A DNA stretch of 14,563 nt from Methanobacteriota archaeon (GTDB taxonomy: Archaea > Thermoplasmatota > E2 > DHVEG-1), in the NCBI GenBank assembly GCA_026394435.1, contig JAPKYG010000088.1:1-14563 (forward strand), written 5' to 3'. The notes under the pieces are model-generated. The model made no database searches. It was not told the origin of the DNA and was given only the letters and a program-made list of their open reading frames with translations. The translations under genes and the position numbers were made by a program. Shown here one piece after another: positions 7,844 through 14,563 of the stretch (position 1 is its first letter; every line of letters starts with the position of its first letter).

Positions 7844-9727
7844 ATGTTTGATAATAAAAAATGGTTGAAGTTGTTAATCGTGTCGATGACCGCTCTTCTT
7901 GTCATCGCGCCCGCTAGTGCAGTAACCAATGGAACAAAAACATCTCTGCAAATCGTCTCACCTCTCGCGCAAACTACTCTCAATGCTCCTTTGCAGGATC
8001 CTCCGAGTTCTTTTGACTTGCGAAATGTGAACGGTGCCAACTATGTGACCTCTGTGAAGTCTCAATCAGGTGGTACGTGTTGGACGCACGGGGTGATGGC
8101 TGCCCTCGAGGGGAATCTATTAATGACAGGGAACTGGAATGCAACTGGACATACCGAAGAGGCGAATCTCGCGGAATACCATCTTGATTGGTGGAACGGA
8201 TTTAATACATTTATCAACGATGATTTTCCTGGCAGTGGTCTTCAGGTCCATAACGGAGGAGATTATCTGCTCGCCTCTGCATATATCACCCGCGGGGGTG
8301 GGGCAGTGTATTGTGCAGCTGCAAATAACCCAACAGAGTACGATGACAACTGGTATAATTCAGCGCCTGCGAGATATAATGACTCCTATGAGTTTTTTTA
8401 CCCTAATGACATCGAATGGTTCGTTGCAGGATCAGATCTCAGCAACATCAACACAATTAAGGAGAAGATTATGACAGAGGGGGTCATGGGAACCTGTATC
8501 TGCTATGATTCCAGTTTTGTTTATAACTATGAGAGTTACTACTCCTTTTACCAACCACCTTCATCTACTTATGATCCTAACCATGCAGTTGCTATCGTGG
8601 GCTGGGATGATGACAAAGTTACTCAAGCACCACTACCAGGTGCATGGATTTGTAAAAACAGCTGGGGCTCTGGCTGGGGACCTGAAGACGGTTATTTCTG
8701 GGTTTCCTATTATGACAAATGGTCTGGTCAGCACCCTGAGATGGGAGCAGTATCCTTCCAGGATGTGCAATTCAAGCCTTACAATAACACGTACTTTTAT
8801 GATTATCATGGGTGGCGGGATACACTCACGGACGTCTCCGAAGCGTTCAATGCGTTTGTGTCGAACGGGAATGAGACACTCAAAGCAGTGAGCGTCTACA
8901 CTGCTACCGATGATGTTCAATATACAGTGAAGGTATACGATCGTTTCGAAGGCGGTGTACTTTTAGATGAACGCGCGACCCTGTCTGGGACGATTCTCTA
9001 CAAGGGGTATCATACCATTTCCCTTACACATCCAGTAGGATTCCTTGCAGGTGACGATTATTATATTTATGTAAAACTCTTTTCCGGTGGACAACCCATA
9101 GACCGTACCTCCGAGGTCCCTGTGTTATTAGGTGCACAAGACCAGGGGACGATCGTGAAATCCGTTGCTCACGCAGGAGAGAGTTACTACCGCAGGGGGT
9201 CTTCTTGGCTTGATCTCTACGACTATGTATTCAGCGATCCGACATGGGATCATACGGCGAATTTCTGCATTAAGGGATTCACCACTGGCGGGTGGATGCC
9301 GCACTACCCTGATTTGAATGGCGAAGGAAGCCTGAGCTGGACCGAGATAAAACCTGGTGCGACCATCATCGGTAACTTTACCGTAGGAAACATCGGGGAG
9401 CCCACCTCGGAGCTTGACTGGAAAATCACCGAATGGCCCTCATGGGGAACTTGGACGTTCGCACCTCTAAATGGTACAGATCTTACTCCAGAGGAAGGAT
9501 CGGTCGCGGTGCAGGTGTGGGTTGTCGCTCCATCGGAAAAAAACCAGGAGTTCAATGGAACCGTGAAGGTCGTCAATGCGCATGATCCAACTGATTATGC
9601 AGAGATCCACGTGTATCTAAAAACACCGATGGACCAGCTGTCCGTGAAGTCCCAGGTGTTGAGCCTTCTGAATGGGTTTGCTCAACATTTCCCTGTGATG
9701 AAGTATCTGATGAGACTGTTCTCTTAA
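7844..9727 (+). CDS. Secreted papain-like cysteine peptidase (MEROPS C1A) with a C-terminal beta-sandwich/adhesion-like extension, 627 aa. There is no I29 propeptide.
   Basis: Signal peptide [26 protein letters not shown]. Catalytic Cys block [18 protein letters not shown], His block [12 protein letters not shown], and Asn/Trp block [22 protein letters not shown]. The mature-type N-terminus (SSFDLRNV...) follows the signal peptide directly. There are many N-x-S/T sequons. RBS AGGGGGAA sits 6 nt upstream of the ATG. Confidence 0.85.
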   Translation: MFDNKKWLKLLIVSMTALLVIAPASAVTNGTKTSLQIVSPLAQTTLNAPLQDPPSSFDLRNVNGANYVTSVKSQSGGTCWTHGVMAALEGNLLMTGNWNATGHTEEANLAEYHLDWWNGFNTFINDDFPGSGLQVHNGGDYLLASAYITRGGGAVYCAAANNPTEYDDNWYNSAPARYNDSYEFFYPNDIEWFVAGSDLSNINTIKEKIMTEGVMGTCICYDSSFVYNYESYYSFYQPPSSTYDPNHAVAIVGWDDDKVTQAPLPGAWICKNSWGSGWGPEDGYFWVSYYDKWSGQHPEMGAVSFQDVQFKPYNNTYFYDYHGWRDTLTDVSEAFNAFVSNGNETLKAVSVYTATDDVQYTVKVYDRFEGGVLLDERATLSGTILYKGYHTISLTHPVGFLAGDDYYIYVKLFSGGQPIDRTSEVPVLLGAQDQGTIVKSVAHAGESYYRRGSSWLDLYDYVFSDPTWDHTANFCIKGFTTGGWMPHYPDLNGEGSLSWTEIKPGATIIGNFTVGNIGEPTSELDWKITEWPSWGTWTFAPLNGTDLTPEEGSVAVQVWVVAPSEKNQEFNGTVKVVNAHDPTDYAEIHVYLKTPMDQLSVKSQVLSLLNGFAQHFPVMKYLMRLFS

Positions 9728-9735
9728 GTAATCGT

Positions 9736-9754
9736 CACTTTTTTTCTTTTTTTT
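9736..9754 (+). terminator. Oligo-T tract (TTTTTTTCTTTTTTTT) 7 nt after the peptidase stop; factor-independent, archaeal-style
   Basis: A T-run with no preceding hairpin, seen directly in the sequence. Similar T-runs follow the chagasin, zinc-ribbon and FG-GAP genes. Confidence 0.4.
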
Positions 9755-9779
9755 ACATTGAGAGGCTGTCCAATAATTA

Positions 9780-11535
9780 TTCTCCTGTTGGGACAGGAGA
9801 AGCATTTATCAAATGATACGTGATATCAGGAGCAGGACAGGAGAGATATGGCATTAAGGACAGATAGAATTGGACAGTCGTGGCTGTTTCCACCACGGAT
9901 CACGGATTTCATACCAGGGGATCACATCTGCAACTTGGTTGTTGCTGTAGTGGGCTCTCTTAATATCTGGAGTATAGAAAAGAGGTACCGGTGTCAGCCT
10001 GGTCATCCCGCGTATCCTCGACGTATGCTGCTTCGTTTGATGGTTCAAGCAGCGATTGACGGGATGTTTTCTTCAAGGAAAATTGATCGGTTAGCGCAAG
10101 AGAATGTGATCTATATGTATCTTGCAGGAAACGCGAAACCTGATTTCAGGACATTGTGTAATTTCCGTAGGGAACACAAAGAGTTGATTGAGACGGTGTT
10201 CAAGAAAACTGTTCTGATCGCGAAAGCAGCCGGGGTACTTCAGCTTGGTCATCTGTCGACCGATGGGACGAAGGTGAAAGCGAATGCGTCAAACCAGTAC
10301 ACATTAAGTAAGGCGGAGCTTGAAACGATCCGTCGGATCATTGAACAGGGGATCGCGGTTGACGAAGAAGAGGATCGTTTGTATGGTGACCGTCGTGGTG
10401 ATGAGTTACCACCAGAGTTGAACACGCAGGAGAAGATCCGCAGGAAGATCAAAGAAATCGAGGAGCTGGAGGGGAAACCGTTGAAACAGGCTGCAAAGAA
10501 GATACTACGTCAGCATCTTAGTGGTAGTCAACAGCAGAAGAGGCACGTCATTTGGAAAATCAAGAACGCTGAACAGAAGCTCATGATGAGTGGTCAGAAG
10601 GTTGTGAGTGTGAGTGACCCTGAGGCACGGTTTATGGTGAATAAGAAGAAACGGATAGAACTTTCGTATAATCCTCAGATCACGGTGGATCATGGCTCTG
10701 GGATCATTGTTGCTAATGATGTCACGCAGGACTGCATTGATCGTGAACAACTACAACCGCAGATGGAGAAAACAGAGGAAAACCTTGGAGGACTCCCCAA
10801 GGGTGTAAAGATGAGTTGGGATAATGGGTACTTTAGCGGTCAAAACCTGCACTATTTGGAGGAGAAAGGGGTCGATGGATACATTCCAGATGGTGAACAA
10901 GCTACTGCGATGAAAGGAAAACAGGTGCCTGATGACCCGTACGCCAAAGATCAGTTCATCTACGATGAGACGCAGGACCGCTTCATCTGCCCTCAGGGCA
11001 GAATGCTCACCAGAAAAGGCGAGTACATCCACAACGGTAAACCGGTGTATGCGTATTATGGTGCACCCTGCGAAAGCTGTCTTGTCAGAGCAGTATGCGC
11101 TGGTGAAAACCGATGGAAGATGATCACCAGTTACGGGTTTGAAGGTGAACGACAACGGATGGCTGTAAAAATGCGGTCAGAAGAAGGGAAAGAAGAGTAC
11201 AGGAAACGAAGTGAAACCGTAGAATGGCCGTTCGGTGACATCAAGCAGAACTTTGGGTTACGGGAGTTTCTCACCCGAGGACTTCAAGGCGTGAGAACTG
11301 AACATAACCTGGTATGCACCGGCCATAATCTGAAAATACTTTGGAAGAAGTTGGATGGAAAGATTGCGATGTTGGAAAAAAAGAAAGACATGAGAGTAAT
11401 TTTATCATCAAATACGAGTAGTGTCTTAGATATCTGTTCAAAGTGTATCAAAAAAATCCCGCGAAAGTTGAATTGTTAGACGGCCTCTTGGTTAGCACAA
11501 AACATGCGTTAAAACCGTGTTAATGCTTCTCCGAT
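9780..11535 (+). mobile_element. Putative IS element carrying the transposase; the ends are approximate
   Basis: A perfect 9-bp hairpin TTCTCCTGT-tggg-ACAGGAGAA lies at 9780-9801. An exact 11-bp inverted match, GGAGAAGCATT (9795-9805) / AATGCTTCTCC (11519-11529), sits symmetrically about 50 bp from each end of the transposase ORF. The match does not extend into a long IR and no clear target-site duplication was found. Confidence 0.35.
9848..11479 (+). CDS. DDE transposase, IS5/IS1182 superfamily (InsH-type N-terminal DUF772 domain), 543 aa
   Basis: N-terminal PGHPAYPRRMLLRLMVQAAIDGMFSSRKIDRLAQENVIYMYLAGNAKPDFRTLCNFRR matches the DUF772/InsH N-terminal signature (PGRPxYxPxxLLKxLLYGYxxGxxSSRKLE...FRWLxG...PDHSTIxRFR). 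A charged linker is followed by a DDE core (SWDNGYFSGQNL..., YRKRSETVEWPFGDIKQNFGLREF). A C-terminal CPxG...C..C cluster is typical of IS1182-like transposases. RBS GGAGAG. Confidence 0.85.
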   Translation: MALRTDRIGQSWLFPPRITDFIPGDHICNLVVAVVGSLNIWSIEKRYRCQPGHPAYPRRMLLRLMVQAAIDGMFSSRKIDRLAQENVIYMYLAGNAKPDFRTLCNFRREHKELIETVFKKTVLIAKAAGVLQLGHLSTDGTKVKANASNQYTLSKAELETIRRIIEQGIAVDEEEDRLYGDRRGDELPPELNTQEKIRRKIKEIEELEGKPLKQAAKKILRQHLSGSQQQKRHVIWKIKNAEQKLMMSGQKVVSVSDPEARFMVNKKKRIELSYNPQITVDHGSGIIVANDVTQDCIDREQLQPQMEKTEENLGGLPKGVKMSWDNGYFSGQNLHYLEEKGVDGYIPDGEQATAMKGKQVPDDPYAKDQFIYDETQDRFICPQGRMLTRKGEYIHNGKPVYAYYGAPCESCLVRAVCAGENRWKMITSYGFEGERQRMAVKMRSEEGKEEYRKRSETVEWPFGDIKQNFGLREFLTRGLQGVRTEHNLVCTGHNLKILWKKLDGKIAMLEKKKDMRVILSSNTSSVLDICSKCIKKIPRKLNC

Positions 11536-11881
11536 ACAAGTAACTAAATCTATTATTTTTCTGAAGAATAAGGAAATGGGGAGTCCAGTCTGGGAGGAAA
11601 GGTAGATAAAATAAGGGTAGAACAATCGTAGGGGAAAGCTCTACCTGATCTACTATTGACTCCCCAAGATGTTATTATCTTTTTATTGTATAAAAACGTT
11701 TGGCTAAATTGGGAAATAGGTTTTAAAGAAGTAACCACAGAGTTATAGTAATGGATAAATGAAATCAGTCTCGTGATCTTTTGTTACCATTGTTTCCAAT
11801 TTTATATTTTACAAACATTTAAATGAAGCTACAGGATAATAACTCTTACAAAATCTAATATTTAAGGGAGGTCGAAAGAAC

Positions 11882-13498
11882 ATGAACAAGAAAATAATTG
11901 GTATTTTGATTTGTATGCTATTGATAGCTGCTGCTGTTCCGGCTGTCGGGTCTTTAAAAAATAGTACAACAAATTCAACGGTTCCAAGCATCCCTGTGAG
12001 AAGCATGGTAGCGAGCTGGATTGAAAAGCAAAAGCTCCTCACCTCAGACAGATTACTATATGGCGCTGTCGGCTGGTCTGTTTCTCTTAATGGTGACACC
12101 GCTCTCATCGGAGCACCATATTCTGGGTTGGCGTACGTGTTCACCCGCACCGGCACCACTTGGACCAAACAACAAAAGCTTCTCGTATCAGACGGTCCAG
12201 CAGAGAATTATTTTGGCTGGTCTGTTTCACTCTCTGGTGACACCGCTCTCATCGGAGCACTACTCGCTGATAACAACGGAGCCGGTTCGGTGTATGTGTT
12301 CACCCGCACTGGTACCACCTGGACCCAGCAGGCAAAGCTCCTCGCCGCAGACGGCGCAGCAGGAGCTTCTTTTGGCTACTCTGTTTCTCTTTCGGGTGAC
12401 ACCGCCCTCATCGGAGCAACGAATGATGATGACAACGGAGACCAATCTGGTTCTGCGTATGTGTTCACCCGCACCGGAACCACCTGGACCCAGCAACAAA
12501 AGCTCCTTGATTCAAACGGTGCAGAATTTGATCAGTTTGGCTGGTCTGTTTCTCTTTCGGGTGACACCGCCCTCATCGGAGCAATGAATGATGATGACAA
12601 CGGAAACTATTCTGGTTCTGCGTACGTGTTCACCCGCACCGGAACCACCTGGACCCAACAGCAAAAGCTCTTTGCTTCAAACCCCAAAGAATTTAATCAG
12701 TTTGGCTGTTCTGTTTCTATTGATGGTGACACTGCCCTCATCGGAGCACTATGGGATAATGACAACGGAAACTTTTCAGGGTCGGCGTACGTGTTCACCC
12801 GCACCGGTACCACCTGGACCCAGCAAGTAAAACTCCTCGCCTCAGATGGTCTAGCAAATGACTGGTTTGGCTGGTCTGTTTCTCTTTCTGGTGACACCGC
12901 GCTCATAGGAGCACCTCAGGATAATGACAACGGAAACTTTTCAGGGTCGGCGTACGTGTTCACCCGCACCGGTACCACCTGGACACAACAACAAAAACTG
13001 CTCGCCGCAGCCGGCGCAGCAGGGGACTGGTTTGGCTGGTCTGTTTCTCTTGCTGGAGACACTGCCTTCATCGGAGCACCATTTGATTTTGTCAAACGAT
13101 TCTTTTTAGGGTCGGTGTATGTGTTCACCCGCACCGGCACCATCTGGACCGAGCAAACCAGACTTCGCTCCTTATCTGGAACAAGTGGAATTGGTGGTAC
13201 TTTTGCGGGAAACCTTAGTTATTCACCAAACGGGAAAAAAGTTGGAGAGATCTCTGGAAGTTTTCCCACGAAAAATAAATTCCAAGGCAATTGGAATGTT
13301 TCAACAAATCCGGGAACCGTACAGTTCTTCTTCGGACGATATAATCTAATTGGTAAGATAAGAACACATGGGATAACAATACCTATTACGGGCGTCTACA
13401 CGTTCGATGAAACTACAAAAACATTCGCTGGAAGACTCACACCAGTATTAATAATTGTTTATTGTGTCCCAATATACTTCCAAGGCATTTGCACTTAA
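11882..13498 (+). CDS. Secreted FG-GAP / integrin-alpha-type beta-propeller repeat protein, 538 aa
   Basis: Signal peptide MNKKIIGILICMLLIAAAVPAVGS. Seven 53-55-aa repeats of FGWSVSLSGDTALIGAxNDDDNGNxSGSAYVFTRTGTTWTQQQKLLASDG (FG...GAP plus DxDxDG Ca-binding-like loops) would form seven blades. Strong RBS AGGGAGG. Many N-x-S/T sequons. Confidence 0.8.
   Translation: MNKKIIGILICMLLIAAAVPAVGSLKNSTTNSTVPSIPVRSMVASWIEKQKLLTSDRLLYGAVGWSVSLNGDTALIGAPYSGLAYVFTRTGTTWTKQQKLLVSDGPAENYFGWSVSLSGDTALIGALLADNNGAGSVYVFTRTGTTWTQQAKLLAADGAAGASFGYSVSLSGDTALIGATNDDDNGDQSGSAYVFTRTGTTWTQQQKLLDSNGAEFDQFGWSVSLSGDTALIGAMNDDDNGNYSGSAYVFTRTGTTWTQQQKLFASNPKEFNQFGCSVSIDGDTALIGALWDNDNGNFSGSAYVFTRTGTTWTQQVKLLASDGLANDWFGWSVSLSGDTALIGAPQDNDNGNFSGSAYVFTRTGTTWTQQQKLLAAAGAAGDWFGWSVSLAGDTAFIGAPFDFVKRFFLGSVYVFTRTGTIWTEQTRLRSLSGTSGIGGTFAGNLSYSPNGKKVGEISGSFPTKNKFQGNWNVSTNPGTVQFFFGRYNLIGKIRTHGITIPITGVYTFDETTKTFAGRLTPVLIIVYCVPIYFQGICT
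12057..13165. repeat. Tandem array of about 7 x 165-bp coding repeats (first period 159 bp) with long identical stretches
   Basis: GTGTTCACCC recurs at 12137, 12296, 12461, 12626, 12791, 12956 and 13121. Units 5 and 6 share more than 60 identical consecutive nucleotides (gataatgacaacggaaacttttcagggtcggcgtacgtgttcacccgcaccggtaccacctggac). Confidence 0.85.
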
Positions 13499-13504
13499 GC
13501 CCTT

Positions 13505-13519
13505 CTCTTTTTTTCTTTT
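13505..13519 (+). terminator. T-rich tract (CTTTTTTTCTTTT) starting 7 nt after the FG-GAP TAA stop
   Basis: Seen directly in the sequence. It argues that the TAA is the functional end of the transcript even though the frame stays open downstream. Confidence 0.3.
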
Positions 13520-14174
13520 ACCTCAGCCACAGCACCATATCAAGGGTCACAGTATCAGATTTTTCAACCAGGAAATGATAATAATACAGTGACTATAACA
13601 CTAAAATCAGGGCAGTATGATTGGAATACAGGAACAATTAGAGGAATAATTGGACTCGTACCATAAGTTTGCCGAACAACACACAAAGAAACCTCAACCA
13701 TCGATACCATTAGAACCACCAAAACCAACTACATCAGAGACACAACAATCACCACAGTTAGAAGACATAGCTAGACAACTACGAGAACTTCAATATAAAG
13801 TGAGAGAGCAAGAATTAAGTCTAAAAGAAAAAGATTTAGAAATTAAGGCTCTACGACAGAAAAACAAAGAGGGCAATATCTCGTACATGTAGGACATAAG
13901 AATAATACTGTCTTGGCATAAGAAAAGTTATGGTCTCTCCGAGAAATTGTCCCGAGTATATAAAGGATAAATGCTGGGTGTTGGCCGTAAGATTTATCTG
14001 TGACATAGCCCAAAAGTTCGTCTATTAGACGAGTTCCAAAAAACGTCCTTGATGGTGATGGACAGGGAAGACATTCTTCCTTTTTTCTTTCTATCAATCG
14101 CTAATGAGCATGGAGGTATGGGAGTGACTGAAAAGACAAATAACGTAACAAAACATTACGGAGAAAGGCAAAAA

Positions 14175-14563
14175 TGCGGGACAAACGATTTATTGCAGAA
14201 CATCGGGGTGGACCCCTAAAAAAGGAACAGCACTATCAGTTAATTAAATGGGCTTGCGACTGTGCGGAGAATGTATTGCATCTCTTCGGTGAAAAAATAG
14301 ATGAGCGACTAAAAAATGCACTAAATGTGGCTAAAGAGTGGAAACAAGGAAATGCTTCAGTTGGTGACGCAAGAAAAGCTTCATTAGGTGCAATTGCGGT
14401 AGCAAACGAAACTTCAAACCTGACTGCAATTGCAGTGGCTCGTTCTGTTGGACACGCTGTTGCAACTGCTCATATGGCTGACCATTCATTAGGAGCAGCG
14501 TTGTATGCTTTGAAAGCCGTGAAAAATGCAGGTAAATCAATAGATGCAGAAAGAAAATGGCAA
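14175..14563 (+). CDS. All-alpha hypothetical protein, partial (it continues past the window end). It resembles a family often annotated as a putative immunity protein.
   Basis: MRDKRFIAEHRGGPLKKEQHYQLIKWACDCAENVLHLFGEKIDERLKNALNVAKEWKQGNASVGDARKASLGAIAVANETSNLTAIAVARSVGHAVATAHMADHSLGAALYALKAVKNAGKSIDAERKWQ... RBS GGAGAAAGG sits 8 nt upstream. The frame is open to the window end. The family assignment is from memory of the conserved KWACDCAExVLHLF / HMADHSLGAALYALKAV blocks. Confidence 0.55.

Noticed and set aside
8139-8920. ORFs 8139..8474, 8505..8891 (+) and 8633..8920 (-) inside the peptidase gene
   Set aside because: They are out of frame or antisense relative to a CDS with intact catalytic motifs. 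They are shadow ORFs.
9762-11489. Second inverted match AGAGGCTGTC (9762-9771) / GACGGCCTCT (11480-11489), 9 of 10
   Set aside because: It is not collinear with the exact 11-bp pair: it is outer on the left but inner on the right. The two cannot both be parts of one terminal IR. A 10-mer with one mismatch over this span is within chance expectation.
12057-13165. Regular direct repeats as a possible CRISPR array
   Set aside because: The period is 165 bp and there are no unique spacers. The repeats are in frame and encode the blades of a beta-propeller. No cas genes are present.
12021-13349. Multiple alternate-frame and antisense ORFs (12021..12587, 12260..12499, 12588..12830, 12697..12906, 12916..13143, 12924..13109, 13119..13349)
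   Set aside because: They inherit their openness from the 165-bp periodicity of the FG-GAP repeats. Their translations are low-complexity, repeat-derived strings (…CSPAPEPPGP…). They are not independent genes.
13496-13498. Recoded stop (pyrrolysine/selenocysteine-style) at the end of the FG-GAP gene
   Set aside because: The stop is TAA, not TAG or TGA. No SECIS-like or PYLIS-like hairpin is evident, and a T-tract terminator follows immediately.
13650-14097. ORFs 13650..13892 (+, starts with TTG) and 13843..14097 (-)
   Set aside because: The first has a non-ATG start, no RBS and a low-complexity Pro/Glu/Lys-rich translation. The second has a featureless Cys/Pro-rich translation. Neither has recognisable homology and neither is called as a gene.

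Overview
The window is about 14.5 kb at roughly 43% GC. Intergenic regions are long and AT-rich, and most genes carry a GGAGG-type ribosome-binding site. The minus strand encodes, from the window start: a partial low-specificity L-threonine aldolase (PLP-dependent, Pseudomonas LtaE-like), a large flotillin/SPFH (band 7) membrane protein, a 56-aa CxxC-x17-CxxC zinc-ribbon protein that the ORF track missed (below its size cut-off; the listed overlapping ORF is in the wrong frame), and a compact cassette of tRNA-Gln(CUG), glutaminyl-tRNA synthetase (near-identical in motifs to E. coli GlnRS) and tRNA-Gln(UUG). After a gene-poor stretch of about 1 kb come a chagasin-type (MEROPS I42) cysteine-protease inhibitor and a class I SAM-dependent methyltransferase. 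The plus strand encodes a secreted papain-like (C1A) cysteine peptidase with no propeptide, an IS5/IS1182-superfamily DDE transposase with probable IS ends, a secreted FG-GAP/beta-propeller repeat protein built from about seven near-identical 165-bp tandem DNA repeats, and the start of an all-alpha protein of a family often annotated as a putative immunity protein. Several signals point to an archaeal, Methanosarcinales-like host: TTTATATA-type TATA boxes about 25-55 bp upstream of starts, oligo-T tracts without hairpins directly after stop codons, tRNAs with archaeal/eukaryal-type D-arms, a chagasin gene with a very short leader, and secreted proteins rich in N-x-S/T sequons. That makes the bacterial-type GlnRS flanked by its two tRNA-Gln genes the most interesting item, because direct glutaminylation is not expected in archaea. 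A bacterial origin for the whole window cannot be excluded from sequence alone. Other points worth a second look are the protease, inhibitor and methyltransferase locus, an in-frame TAA followed by 55 open codons after the repeat protein, and the near-identical tandem repeats.
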